A DNA stretch of 64,000 nt from an uncultured Pseudomonadota bacterium (lineage in GTDB: Bacteria; Pseudomonadota; Alphaproteobacteria; Rs-D84; CACZYB01), in assembly GCA_902785275.1 (NCBI GenBank), contig CACZYB010000002.1, positions 99,495 through 163,494 on the forward strand, in the 5' to 3' direction. Made by a program: the position numbers and the translations under genes. Of the stretch, positions 31,070-40,508 are shown piece by piece. The stretch's first letter is position 1. Every line of letters begins with the position of its first letter. Below the pieces are notes generated by a model. It was not told the origin of the DNA. It did no database searches and saw nothing but the letters and a program-made list of their open reading frames with translations.

Positions 31070-32446
31070 ATGTCAAATTTTACACGAAAATCAGAACTTT
31101 TAATCCCTGGTGGATCATATAACAGAATAAAAACAGCATTTATGTATGGTGCTGATGTCGTTTATGCCGGAACACCGGATATGAGCTTGCGTGTAAAGGC
31201 AAAAGTAACCCTTGATGAAATGGCAGAATGTATTGATTATGCTCACAGTATTGGAAAGAAAATTTATTTGGCAGTAAACCTTTATACTCATAATAAGGAT
31301 ATTGCTCGCCTTCCTGATTTCGCAAATACATTGAAAAAGCTTTCTCCTGATGGTGCAATTATCGCCGATGCTGGTGTGTTCAGATATATGAAAAATCATT
31401 TACCAGAAGTTCCTCTTCATGTATCGACCCAAGCAAACGTTTGTTCCTATGAAACAGCAATGTTTTGGTACGATATGGGTGCAAAGCTTTGTGTTCTTGG
31501 CCGTGAGGTTTCATTTGAAGAATTAAGGGAAATAAGGGAAAAGGTTGCTCCAGATTTAAAACTTGAAACCTTCATCCACGGAAGTATGTGTATGAGCTAT
31601 TCCGGCCGTTGCCTTATCTCTAATTTCTTAACAGAACGTAGCTCTAATCAGGGAAATTGTGCCCACTGTTGCCGTTGGAATTATAAATTATATATGAAAC
31701 CACGTGAAGAACTTATTGAAACCGGTACTATTAAGGAAGAAGCTCAAAAACTTGGTATTGATATAAATTCCGATACAATGAAGCTTTTCGATTTCTATCT
31801 TGAAGAACAGGAAAGAAAAGGAGAGTTTATTGAAGTTTGTGAAGATGAACGTGGCGCATATTTAATGAACTCTCGTGATTTATGCCTAATGCCAAAACTT
31901 GATAAATTACTTTCTATTGGTATTGATTCATTAAAGGTAGAAGGTAGAAACAAGTCCGAATATTATGCCGGAACAACCGCACGTGCATATCGTCATGCAA
32001 TCGATGCATTTTATCGTTCCCCAGATAATTGGAACTATGCTCCATATATGAGTGAACTTAATACCCTACAAAATCGAGGTTATACATACGGATTTTTTGA
32101 TGGACACTTAACACATCACGCAATGAATTATGAAACAACCCGTTCAGATGGAAACTGGCGTTACGCAGCTTGCGTTTCAAACCATACACCTGATGGTATT
32201 GTTCTTGAAATGAAAAATTCATTCGAAAAGGGTGACGAAATAGAGTTCCTTTCTCCATCAAGATTTGAACCAGTAAAAATGACCCTTAACCGAATTATTG
32301 ATACAAAAAACAATAATATGTTGGAAAGGGCAACCGTTGCCAATAAATATGTACTTATCCCATACGAAGACTTTACCGGATATACAAAAGAAGAGGTTTC
32401 AAACCTCCTCCCTGTATTATCGCTAAGCCGAGTAAAAATTCGTTAA
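31070..32446 (+). CDS. trhP: U32 family protein, probable tRNA hydroxylase TrhP/YegQ
   Basis: GADVVYAG, HVSTQAN, HGSMCMSYSGRC, CAHCCR, SLKVEGR motifs. Confidence 0.85.
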   Translation: MSNFTRKSELLIPGGSYNRIKTAFMYGADVVYAGTPDMSLRVKAKVTLDEMAECIDYAHSIGKKIYLAVNLYTHNKDIARLPDFANTLKKLSPDGAIIADAGVFRYMKNHLPEVPLHVSTQANVCSYETAMFWYDMGAKLCVLGREVSFEELREIREKVAPDLKLETFIHGSMCMSYSGRCLISNFLTERSSNQGNCAHCCRWNYKLYMKPREELIETGTIKEEAQKLGIDINSDTMKLFDFYLEEQERKGEFIEVCEDERGAYLMNSRDLCLMPKLDKLLSIGIDSLKVEGRNKSEYYAGTTARAYRHAIDAFYRSPDNWNYAPYMSELNTLQNRGYTYGFFDGHLTHHAMNYETTRSDGNWRYAACVSNHTPDGIVLEMKNSFEKGDEIEFLSPSRFEPVKMTLNRIIDTKNNNMLERATVANKYVLIPYEDFTGYTKEEVSNLLPVLSLSRVKIR

Positions 32447-32715
32447 ATAAATTTTTGGGAAAGTGCAGCATTAAGCTGGGAAATTTGACTGTTTTGTCTT
32501 CCAAAGTGAAAATATGATTTTTCACCCTTTGGATGTCTTATCAAATAGCTATAAAGCTTTGGAAGTTTAGGAAGTAATGATAATTCTAAATCTTCTCCAA
32601 ATTCTTTTTTCATATCAAAGAAAGCAAACTCTATTGCTTCGTCTTCAGTTAATCTACTTGCCTTATAAAGGGCATAATGTTGTTTAAAAAATGATATAAC
32701 TTCTTTACTATCCAT
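32443..32715 (-). CDS. Hypothetical protein
   Basis: 90-aa ORF with GGAG RBS, convergent with the U32 gene. Confidence 0.55.
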   Translation of the reverse strand: MDSKEVISFFKQHYALYKASRLTEDEAIEFAFFDMKKEFGEDLELSLLPKLPKLYSYLIRHPKGEKSYFHFGRQNSQISQLNAALSQKFI

Positions 32716-32927
32716 AATTTTACTCCGTATACTACATAATCAATCATATAAAGAATGGAAATCTAATACTTTATTTTAAAAAGTCAATATCTTTTATCAA
32801 CAAGTATAAATTCAAAGGAATTTAATATCATTGCAAAGCCACAGATTCTCTACTACTCTAATGAAAGTTGTAGAATTTATAAAAATTCTATTTCTATTAA
32901 TAATAACCAAGAAAAAAGGAGATAAAA

Positions 32928-33521
32928 ATGACAACAGGAACACGTTATCCAACATTGGCATTCCATACAGGTGGCGCAGGCCAAGCAGACGATGGAATTC
33001 CACCACAACCATTTGAAACTTTTTGCTATGATAGTGCATTGCTTCAGGCAAAAATCGAAAATTTTAATGTTATTCCATACACATCTGTTTTGCCTCCTGA
33101 ACTTTTCAATAATATTGTTCCAGTAGAGCAAGTCCAAGATCAATTCAAACATGGTGCTGTTTTGGAAGTTATTATGGCAGGTAATGGAGCAAGAAAAGAA
33201 GAACATAAAGCCATTGCCACAGGTGTTGGTATTGTTTGGGGAAAGGATAAACAAGGCAATTTCATTGGCGGTTGGGCTGCAGAATATGTTGAATATTTTG
33301 ATACCTATATAACTGACGAAATTGCAAAAGCTCATGCTGAAATGTGGCTTACAAAATCACTTAACCACGAACTTATGCTTCGTAATGTTGATAAGCACAG
33401 CGAATTCCAATTTTACCACAATTACTTAAACATTACTCAAAATTTTGGATATTGCTTGACTGCATTGGGATTTTTAAATTTCGAATATGCAAATCCAGTA
33501 ACTCCAAAACAATCATATTAA
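32928..33521 (+). CDS. aaxB: Pyruvoyl-dependent arginine decarboxylase, Chlamydia AaxB type
   Basis: [46 protein letters not shown] matches the recalled chlamydial AaxB N-terminus; Thr52-Ser53 self-cleavage site. Confidence 0.92.
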   Translation: MTTGTRYPTLAFHTGGAGQADDGIPPQPFETFCYDSALLQAKIENFNVIPYTSVLPPELFNNIVPVEQVQDQFKHGAVLEVIMAGNGARKEEHKAIATGVGIVWGKDKQGNFIGGWAAEYVEYFDTYITDEIAKAHAEMWLTKSLNHELMLRNVDKHSEFQFYHNYLNITQNFGYCLTALGFLNFEYANPVTPKQSY

Positions 33522-33525
33522 ATTA

Positions 33526-33543
33526 AGGGGGATTATTCCCCCT
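33526..33543 (+). repeat. Intercistronic hairpin, copy 1
   Basis: AGGGGGA-TTAT-TCCCCCT directly after the aaxB stop. Confidence 0.7.
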
Positions 33544-33564
33544 GTTTAAAAAAAGGAGAAAACT

Positions 33565-35022
33565 ATGTTTAAAAGTAAACAATCAAAAACAATGCTTGGC
33601 GTTATGGGACTTGCCGGTATAGTGGTAAGTTCTATGATAGGAGGAGGAATATACAGTCTTCCACAAAATATGGCACAGGATGCATCTGTTGGTGCAGTAA
33701 TTCTTGCATGGATAATCACAGGATTTGGAATGTATTTTATTGCAAATACATTTCGTATTTTATCAACCGTAAAACCAAAACTTACATCCGGAATTTATAT
33801 GTATGCCCACGAAGGTTTTGGAAGTTATATGGGATTTAATATAGGTTGGAGTTATTGGCTTTGCCAAATTTTCGGAAATGTAGGATATGCAGTCATTACA
33901 ATGGACGCATTGAATTACTTTTTTCCCGGAGTATTCACAGGTGGAAATAACCTTGCTTCTATAATTGGTGGCTCAATTTTAATATGGGGATTTAATTACC
34001 TTGTATTAAAGGGGGTTAAGCAAGCAACATTAATAAACTTAATTGCAACAGTATTTAAAATAGTTCCATTATTCTTATTCATTTTAATTTTGCTTTTCGT
34101 GTTTAATATCGATAAGTTTGATTTTGATTTCTGGGGTGAAAATATGCTTGGTTCCAGCCATAGTTTAGGTTCACTTTCTTCACAAATAAAAAGTACAATG
34201 CTTGTAACACTTTGGGCATTTATTGGTATAGAAGGAGCCGTAGTGTTATCTGATAAGGCGAAAAGTCAATCCGATGTATCAAAGGCAACATTGTTAGGTT
34301 TCCTTGGATGTTTAGTAATATATGTATTACTATCCGTTGTTCCATTCGGTTTTATGAACCAACATGAATTATCGGGGATTGCAAATCCATCAACCGCAGG
34401 TATCTTAAAAGAAGTTGTTGGCCCATGGGGTGCATGGCTTATGAACATAGGTTTGATTATAGCAGTTCTTGCAAGCTGGCTTGCATGGACAATGATTGTT
34501 GCGGAAATGCCATTTGCTATGGCGAATAATGGAACATTCCCAAAAATCTTTTCTAAAACAAACGAACATGATTCCCCAAGCATTTCGCTTTGGGTGACAA
34601 GTTCAGTTATGCAACTTGCAATGTTTTTGGTTTATTTTTCAAATAATGCATGGAATACAATGCTAAGTATAACCGGAGTTATGGTTCTTCCTGCATACTT
34701 TATTTCAACATGCTATCTTTGGAAAATTTGCGAAGACGGAGAATATGATAATACAAAAGGTATTGGTAGGGCATCTGCATTGTTTACATCAATCATTGGA
34801 ACATTATATGCCTTATGGTTAATTTATGCCGCTGGGTTAAGCTATCTTTTAATGGCAATAGTTTTCATTGCTTTTGGTATACCATTTTACGTCTGGGCAA
34901 AGGAAGAATTATCCTTTACAGAACCGGTATTTACACATAAAGAAAAATACTTGGTAGCAAGCATTTTGATGATAAGTGTAATTGCCATATATTGCTTTAT
35001 TCGTGGAATTATAAATATATAA
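33565..35022 (+). CDS. aaxC: Arginine/agmatine antiporter (APC family, ArcD/AaxC type)
   Basis: SSMIGGGIYSLP, TMLVTLWAFIGIEGA, about 13 TM segments; adjacent to aaxB. Confidence 0.88.
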   Translation: MFKSKQSKTMLGVMGLAGIVVSSMIGGGIYSLPQNMAQDASVGAVILAWIITGFGMYFIANTFRILSTVKPKLTSGIYMYAHEGFGSYMGFNIGWSYWLCQIFGNVGYAVITMDALNYFFPGVFTGGNNLASIIGGSILIWGFNYLVLKGVKQATLINLIATVFKIVPLFLFILILLFVFNIDKFDFDFWGENMLGSSHSLGSLSSQIKSTMLVTLWAFIGIEGAVVLSDKAKSQSDVSKATLLGFLGCLVIYVLLSVVPFGFMNQHELSGIANPSTAGILKEVVGPWGAWLMNIGLIIAVLASWLAWTMIVAEMPFAMANNGTFPKIFSKTNEHDSPSISLWVTSSVMQLAMFLVYFSNNAWNTMLSITGVMVLPAYFISTCYLWKICEDGEYDNTKGIGRASALFTSIIGTLYALWLIYAAGLSYLLMAIVFIAFGIPFYVWAKEELSFTEPVFTHKEKYLVASILMISVIAIYCFIRGIINI

Positions 35023-35025
35023 TTG

Positions 35026-35042
35026 AGGGGGATTTTCCCCCT
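35026..35042 (+). repeat. Intercistronic hairpin, copy 2
   Basis: AGGGGGA-TTT-TCCCCCT directly after the aaxC stop. Confidence 0.7.
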
Positions 35043-35061
35043 TATATAAGGAGGTCTTAAT

Positions 35062-36324
35062 ATGAAAGATATCAGTAAAATTTTATTTTTAAGTTTTTTA
35101 TCAATAAATATATTTCCTGTAAAATCATTCGCACAGGAATATACAATGGTTGGTGTAGAGGAGAAGGTAACCGAAGCCATTACACCTATGACTAATGCTT
35201 CACATAAGGGTAAGGCAATAACCAAAGCAACAGCCCCAACACACCCTTGGTACGACCAATACACAACATGGAAAAACAACCTTCAAAATGAAACAGGTTT
35301 TTCTTACACTTTTGATTTATCCCTTCTTGCACAAAGGGGCGCTCCAAATGGTAAAGGAACAGCATTACAATTCCAGTCATACCCAAGTATTTCATGGCAA
35401 CTTTTCAATAATGAATACGGATCTGGAACAATAAACGCAGCCTATACCCCAACAAGATATTGGAGCTCTACTGATGGGCAAGATATAAGCAATAGGATAG
35501 GTGTTCTTTCATCAATAAATGACTATACAACAAAATCAAATTCATTTGATGAGTTGAGCTATACCCAAGAATTTTGGGGCAGTATGAGTTGGCTTTCTGT
35601 AACCATAGGTCAATTTCCAATATACAATTTTGATGGTACAACCTATAATTCAAACCAACAAATTAACTTTGTGAATTACGCTCTTTCTCAAAATGCAAGC
35701 TCTACTTATCCAACAGCAAGCTTGGGTGCATACGCAACATTCACAATAAATCCAGAATGGCAAATAAATGTTGGTATGCAAGATGCAAATAATGTTACCG
35801 GTACATCAATAAGTGCAAGTGATTTCGGTAAAGGCAAGTATACAAGCTTCGCTTCCGTCTCCTATACCCCAATGATAAAAGGTTTGGGTATGGGACAGTA
35901 TTCCATACTTTTATATAATCAACCAGGTGTAGATGAACAGCCCGGCACATCAAACGGCTGGTCAATAAATATGGAGCAAGCCGTAAGTGATAAGATTGCG
36001 GTTTTCGGAAGAATAAACGGAGCCAAAAACTCCCCATCACAAATTGAACAATCATATATGATAGGAAGTGTACTAAATAACCCTCTTGGCAGAAACGAGC
36101 TTGATCAAGTCGGTACAGCCATAGCCGTGAACAAAGCAAATCTTGATGTCATAGGCAAAGAAAATACCCGAGATTATGAAACAGTAATCGAAGCATATTG
36201 GGCATGGGGAATTGAAAATTGGATGACAATCACACCTGATATCCAAATGTATTTCTATCCAGCCCTTGATGACTCTCACAATTTCGCCACAGTTGCAAGT
36301 ATAAGAACGACACTTCTATTTTAA
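35062..36324 (+). CDS. aaxA: Outer-membrane porin, OprB family (AaxA-like)
   Basis: Signal peptide (SFA-Q), amphipathic beta strands, ETVIEAYW, ITPDIQ, terminal Phe; operon context. Confidence 0.8.
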   Translation: MKDISKILFLSFLSINIFPVKSFAQEYTMVGVEEKVTEAITPMTNASHKGKAITKATAPTHPWYDQYTTWKNNLQNETGFSYTFDLSLLAQRGAPNGKGTALQFQSYPSISWQLFNNEYGSGTINAAYTPTRYWSSTDGQDISNRIGVLSSINDYTTKSNSFDELSYTQEFWGSMSWLSVTIGQFPIYNFDGTTYNSNQQINFVNYALSQNASSTYPTASLGAYATFTINPEWQINVGMQDANNVTGTSISASDFGKGKYTSFASVSYTPMIKGLGMGQYSILLYNQPGVDEQPGTSNGWSINMEQAVSDKIAVFGRINGAKNSPSQIEQSYMIGSVLNNPLGRNELDQVGTAIAVNKANLDVIGKENTRDYETVIEAYWAWGIENWMTITPDIQMYFYPALDDSHNFATVASIRTTLLF

Positions 36325-36341
36325 CAATTACTACCTAAAAA

Positions 36342-36380
36342 CTCACCCCCTTAAAAAAGGGGGCGAGAGGTTTTAATTTT
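36342..36380 (+). terminator. Terminator of the aax operon
   Basis: CTCACCCCCTT-AAAA-AAGGGGGCGAG hairpin followed by T-rich sequence. Confidence 0.6.
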
Positions 36381-36828
36381 TGTTATATCCTATACAAAAT
36401 ATCAAACCAAGAATTCCAAATTGAATAAAGTGATTATATTCTATTTTCTGTTTTTCTATGTATGAATAAGAGGATATAGTAATACCTGTAAAAAGATCTT
36501 TTTAGTTCAAAAGATAAAGAAAAGAGAAAATACCTTTTTAAATTTTTATAATACATAAAACTATCCTAATATTAATTTTTTAAACCTAAACCTAATATAT
36601 AGATATTAAAATAGAAATCAGAATTAAAACTAATTCCTGTTTTTAAAGTTGGGGTAAATATTAAATGAAATTTACCCAAATTTTTTTTATATTCTTTATT
36701 TTCTATATTGTGAAGAAAAAGTTCAAATAATTTAATATGTGAGGATATTTCGAAATTAGACACTCTAATTGATGTACATAAATTTGCAACAGAAATAAAT
36801 ATGTTAAAGTACAATCTCATATTTAAAC

Positions 36829-37365
36829 TTATTCTTCTTCATCTTCAATTAAAGGTACTTTATATTCACCTATTGGTTTCAATTTTTCACAAACAGTTTC
36901 ACAAACACTTAAACTTTCATCAAGATTTATTCCTCTGTTTATTTTATTTTTTTTATCTAATTCTTTCTGTTCTTCTTTTGTAATCCAAGCAACTGAAATT
37001 TCATTTAATATTTTTTCAATTTCATCTTCATCTTTTGTTTTTGCATTAAACAAATTTTTTATAATTTGAGATATTGGTAAAATATGTTCTATATGTAACT
37101 TTTTTCTGCCCGCATCTCCCAAACCACCTTTTTCTATACTTTTTACTTGATCTTTCCAATTATATTCTGATAAATCTTTTCCTTTTGTTAAAGATATAGC
37201 TTTTTGAGACGCATATAAATTTATTTTTCCCTTATATTCTCGAATAATCCAATTTAAAATTCTTTTTGTAATTTTTTCAGTTGTATTATTTTTATTTAAA
37301 TTATAAATATTCAATATTGAATTTACCATTTCAACATAAAATTTTAATATTTCTTTTTTATCCAT
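36829..37365 (-). CDS. Hypothetical protein, possible degenerate HNH-like domain
   Basis: LHIEHILP motif resembles the HNH EH-x-x-P core; AGGAG RBS; very AT-rich. Confidence 0.55.
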   Translation of the reverse strand: MDKKEILKFYVEMVNSILNIYNLNKNNTTEKITKRILNWIIREYKGKINLYASQKAISLTKGKDLSEYNWKDQVKSIEKGGLGDAGRKKLHIEHILPISQIIKNLFNAKTKDEDEIEKILNEISVAWITKEEQKELDKKNKINRGINLDESLSVCETVCEKLKPIGEYKVPLIEDEEE

Positions 37366-37380
37366 TTTATACTCCTTTTA

Positions 37381-37977
37381 TTATTTAATACTATATTCAA
37401 AAAGTTCACCATCTTTAAACTTCAAAATCTTCATATAACATCCTTTTTTATATTCATTATATTTCCATATTTCAATATCAGCATTTCCTTTTATCTTATA
37501 TTCTTTATGATGCGGTTTTCCTAGTATTTCTTTAACTATATCAAAACTCATTCCTCTTTCTAATGTTTTATTTAGTATTAATTTTGCAAAATATTCACCA
37601 TATTCATCTATTAATCTTTTTCTTCTCTTTTCTCTCTTTTTTGCCTCTTCTACTTGATTTACATACAAAATCACTAAAATACCAACAGTTATCCAAATAT
37701 ATAATGGTATGGAGTTAAATATTTTTTTTGCAAAATTTAATAATCCATACATAATAGGTTTCCAAAAATCTGGTAATGCAAATATGCTTATAGTAATAAA
37801 TAAGGTAACAAAACTTAAAATATTATTAGCTATTTTCTTCTTATCAGAATAATCTTGTCCCAATAAACAAGCAAAAGGAAACCAAAGCGCACTTATTGAA
37901 TACTTTTTGTAAATTAAAAGTAATACGAATATGCAAAGCCAAACTAAAATAAGTATATTTTCCCATTTTTTTTTCAT
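37381..37977 (-). CDS. Hypothetical membrane protein with C-terminal BamE/BLIP-like domain
   Basis: N-terminal TM helices; GMSFDIVKEILGKP...EIWKY pattern. Confidence 0.55.
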   Translation of the reverse strand: MKKKWENILILVWLCIFVLLLIYKKYSISALWFPFACLLGQDYSDKKKIANNILSFVTLFITISIFALPDFWKPIMYGLLNFAKKIFNSIPLYIWITVGILVILYVNQVEEAKKREKRRKRLIDEYGEYFAKLILNKTLERGMSFDIVKEILGKPHHKEYKIKGNADIEIWKYNEYKKGCYMKILKFKDGELFEYSIK

Positions 37978-37986
37978 ATTATCCTC

Positions 37987-38259
37987 CTATCCATTAAGCC
38001 ACATAGATCCAAATAAGACAATAAATGCAAGAAAACATCCCCATAATGGAGCTCCAGCTGCTTCTGCTATACCATAACCAATAATTCCTGCAATTATTGC
38101 CCTAATTAAAACAATAAAACTACCCATAATTCCATATTTAATTTTCATTTCTTCTGCATAAGAAGCTGGCCTTGAATATCTTTTACCATCAACTGTTTTT
38201 TCGTAAATTCGAACATGAGATTTTCTATAATGTCCACTTGAACTTTTATGTTTAGTCAT
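37987..38259 (-). CDS. Small membrane protein, hypothetical
   Basis: AAGGAG RBS; basic N-terminus and two C-terminal TM helices. Confidence 0.65.
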   Translation of the reverse strand: MTKHKSSSGHYRKSHVRIYEKTVDGKRYSRPASYAEEMKIKYGIMGSFIVLIRAIIAGIIGYGIAEAAGAPLWGCFLAFIVLFGSMWLNG

Positions 38260-38302
38260 ACATATCTCCTTAAATAAAAATTAAACCACTCATATCAAAG
38301 AG

Positions 38303-38374
38303 TGGTTGGGGTCTGAAAAACGTCACTAATACTATACAAAAAATGACCGTCAGCATAAGCCAACACCCCAACCA
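38303..38374 (-). ncRNA. C4/CI-like antisense RNA (three-way junction)
   Basis: Perfect 10-bp outer stem 38303-38312/38365-38374, two internal hairpins, loop and bulge complementary to upstream 38386-38397 and 38407-38415. Confidence 0.65.
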
Positions 38375-38479
38375 TAACAGTTGGGTGTATAGTATTAACA
38401 AAACGAGTTTTTCAGGCTCGCATACCCTCTCAGATACTAAACTTTGCGACAAGTACTCCTGCCAACAAAATCTGCTTTT

Positions 38480-38508
38480 ATTTTATAATAGGAAAAATCC
38501 AAAGTCAA
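38480..38508 (-). promoter_or_regulatory. Sigma70 promoter for the C4-like leader and orphan operon
   Basis: TTGACT-17 nt-TAAAAT on the minus strand. Confidence 0.6.
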
Positions 38509-38537
38509 ATATATAAAAAAGTTAGTATATTTTTTCT

Positions 38538-39107
38538 CTATGCAATTGCTTCTTTTATTTCTCTTAAATCCATAAATCCAGGGAAAACTTGATTCCTTAT
38601 GATAAGTGCTGGTGTTCCGTGAATATTAAGTTGATGTGCAATTTTTTTTGTAATATCAATTTCCTTTTCCACTTCTTCCGAACACATATCGTCTTGAAGT
38701 TTTTGAATGTTAAGTCCAATTCCCTTTGCAATTTTTAAAACTTTGTTAAGTATTTTTTTATTCAATGTTTCCACCCCAATTTCAGAATAGTTAAGTGGAA
38801 GCAAATGATTTTCAAACAAAGATTTGTGAAAAAGAAAAGTCTTTCCCTGTTTTTTTGATGCGACCGTAGCCTTTGCTGGCAAATGCGAAACCGGAAAAAT
38901 AGGAAAGTTTTTAAGTATTATTTTTATATCTCTGTTCGCTTGGATAAGTTCATTCATAATTACATTTTGATTTTTGCAATGTCCACAGTTGTAATCAAAA
39001 AATTCATAGATAATAATTTTTCCTTCGGGGTTTCCAATAATTGGCGACATTTTATCTTTTTCCAAGGCAGTCATAATTTCTTTTGAAACTTGCATTTTCT
39101 CCTCCAT
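38538..39107 (-). CDS. DsbA/Com1-family thioredoxin-fold oxidoreductase
   Basis: EFFDYNCGHC (CxxC) and GTPA cis-Pro loop; no obvious signal peptide. Confidence 0.85.
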   Translation of the reverse strand: MEEKMQVSKEIMTALEKDKMSPIIGNPEGKIIIYEFFDYNCGHCKNQNVIMNELIQANRDIKIILKNFPIFPVSHLPAKATVASKKQGKTFLFHKSLFENHLLPLNYSEIGVETLNKKILNKVLKIAKGIGLNIQKLQDDMCSEEVEKEIDITKKIAHQLNIHGTPALIIRNQVFPGFMDLREIKEAIA

Positions 39108-39236
39108 ATTTTTTTTATTACTATTTTATAAAAACAAAAGATATTTGCCAATAATCTAATATTCCTAATACACCAAATAGTTTTTTCTTATTGTAAATAA
39201 AAATCAAATTTGATATACTCGAGGCAGAGGAATTTG

Positions 39237-40223
39237 ATGATGAAAAATAATATAAAAATCGAAATACTTAAGTTTTCTATCCCTACTGCGATGCTCTTTT
39301 TTTTGATGTTCGTTGTGTATGTATTTTTATATCCAATGAACAAGGGAAAAAAGGTTGTCGAGCTTGTTACCGGTGACCGACTATCTATTGTCGCGGAAAG
39401 ACTTTACTCTGATAAAGTTATTAATTCAAAGTTTTTATTTAAGGTTTGGATGTACCTTTCATGGAACCAAAATAACCTTAAAATTGGCGAATACGAAATT
39501 GATGATGGTGCTACATTAAACGATATAAAAAATACTATCACCAGTGGTCGTATGTATAATAAATATTTAACTATTCCAGAGGGGCTTACCGTAAAACAAA
39601 TTGCAGAGATTTTAAATTCGCACGATGATTTACAGGGAAAAATTACCCTAAAGGTTGAAGACGGAGAACTTCTTCCTCAAACCTATGCCTATAATAAAAT
39701 GATTTCAAAGGACGATCTCCTTTTGAAAATGAAAACTTCTATGACTGAAGTTATTGATAAGGAATGGGAGAATAGGGAGCAAAATCTTCCACTAAAAGAT
39801 AAACAAGAGGCGATAATTTTGGCTTCTATGGTGGAAAAGGAAACTTCTATTCCAGAGGAAAGACCAATCGTTGCTTCGGTTTTCTATAATAGACTTGCTA
39901 AAAATATGCGTCTTCAAAGCGATCCAACTGTTGTCTATACCCTTACAAAAAAATACGGTAATATGCGTGGCAGAAAGCTTTATAAAAAGGATTTAGAGGT
40001 CCCAACCCCATATAATACTTACAAGATAAAGGGAATTCCTGTTGGTGCCATTGCGAATCCTGGAATTGAGAGTATAAAGGCTGTTCTTCATCCTGCATAT
40101 ACGGGTTATTTCTATTTTGTTGCGGATGGTTCGGGTGGTCATAAATTCGCAGAAACCCTTGAAGAACACGAGAAAAATCGAGCTAATTGGAAAAAAATAA
40201 GGGATAAAATAGAAAAATATTAA
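39237..40223 (+). CDS. mltG: Endolytic transglycosylase MltG
   Basis: TIPEGLT, LASMVEKET, RLQSDPT, PYNTY, YFYFVADGSGGH; ATG 39237 after GAGG. Confidence 0.95.
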   Translation: MMKNNIKIEILKFSIPTAMLFFLMFVVYVFLYPMNKGKKVVELVTGDRLSIVAERLYSDKVINSKFLFKVWMYLSWNQNNLKIGEYEIDDGATLNDIKNTITSGRMYNKYLTIPEGLTVKQIAEILNSHDDLQGKITLKVEDGELLPQTYAYNKMISKDDLLLKMKTSMTEVIDKEWENREQNLPLKDKQEAIILASMVEKETSIPEERPIVASVFYNRLAKNMRLQSDPTVVYTLTKKYGNMRGRKLYKKDLEVPTPYNTYKIKGIPVGAIANPGIESIKAVLHPAYTGYFYFVADGSGGHKFAETLEEHEKNRANWKKIRDKIEKY

Positions 40224-40283
40224 AAAAAATTAAAAAATATCTTGACTGTGGTATTTTTTATGATATTATATATTGCATTGATT

Positions 40284-40359
40284 GGGTGTTTAGCTCAGCT
40301 GGTAGAGCAAATGACTTTTAATCATTGGGTCACAGGTTCAAGTCCTGTAACACCCACCA
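40284..40359 (+). tRNA. tRNA-Lys (anticodon UUU), CCA encoded
   Basis: GGGTGTT/AACACCC acceptor stem, GCTC/GAGC D arm, AATGA-CT-TTT-AA-TCATT anticodon arm, ACAGG-TTCAAGT-CCTGT T arm. Confidence 0.97.
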
Positions 40360-40367
40360 AGTTCAAT

Positions 40368-40393
40368 AGCCGTCTTTTGACGGCTTTTTCTTT
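40368..40393 (+). terminator. Terminator after tRNA-Lys
   Basis: AGCCGTC-TTTT-GACGGCT followed by T run. Confidence 0.85.
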
Positions 40394-40508
40394 TCCCCGC
40401 AACACTAGGCTAAATCTAGCCTTTCTGGTCAGTGGTGCATTTAGAAAAATTTTGGACTTTTTCAAAAAAATGCAATTTTAGGGTCATTTTTCTCTCTATT
40501 TTCTATGT

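Noticed and set aside
36572-36820. 82-aa ORF in the AT-rich gap
   Set aside because: No RBS or motif; may be a decayed fragment but cannot be supported
38270-38452. 60-aa ORF through the structured leader
   Set aside because: The sequence is better explained by RNA pairing. An icd/kil-like leader peptide, as in P1 and P4, cannot be excluded, but nothing supports it directly
40242-40481. 79-aa ORF
   Set aside because: Overlaps tRNA-Lys and its terminator
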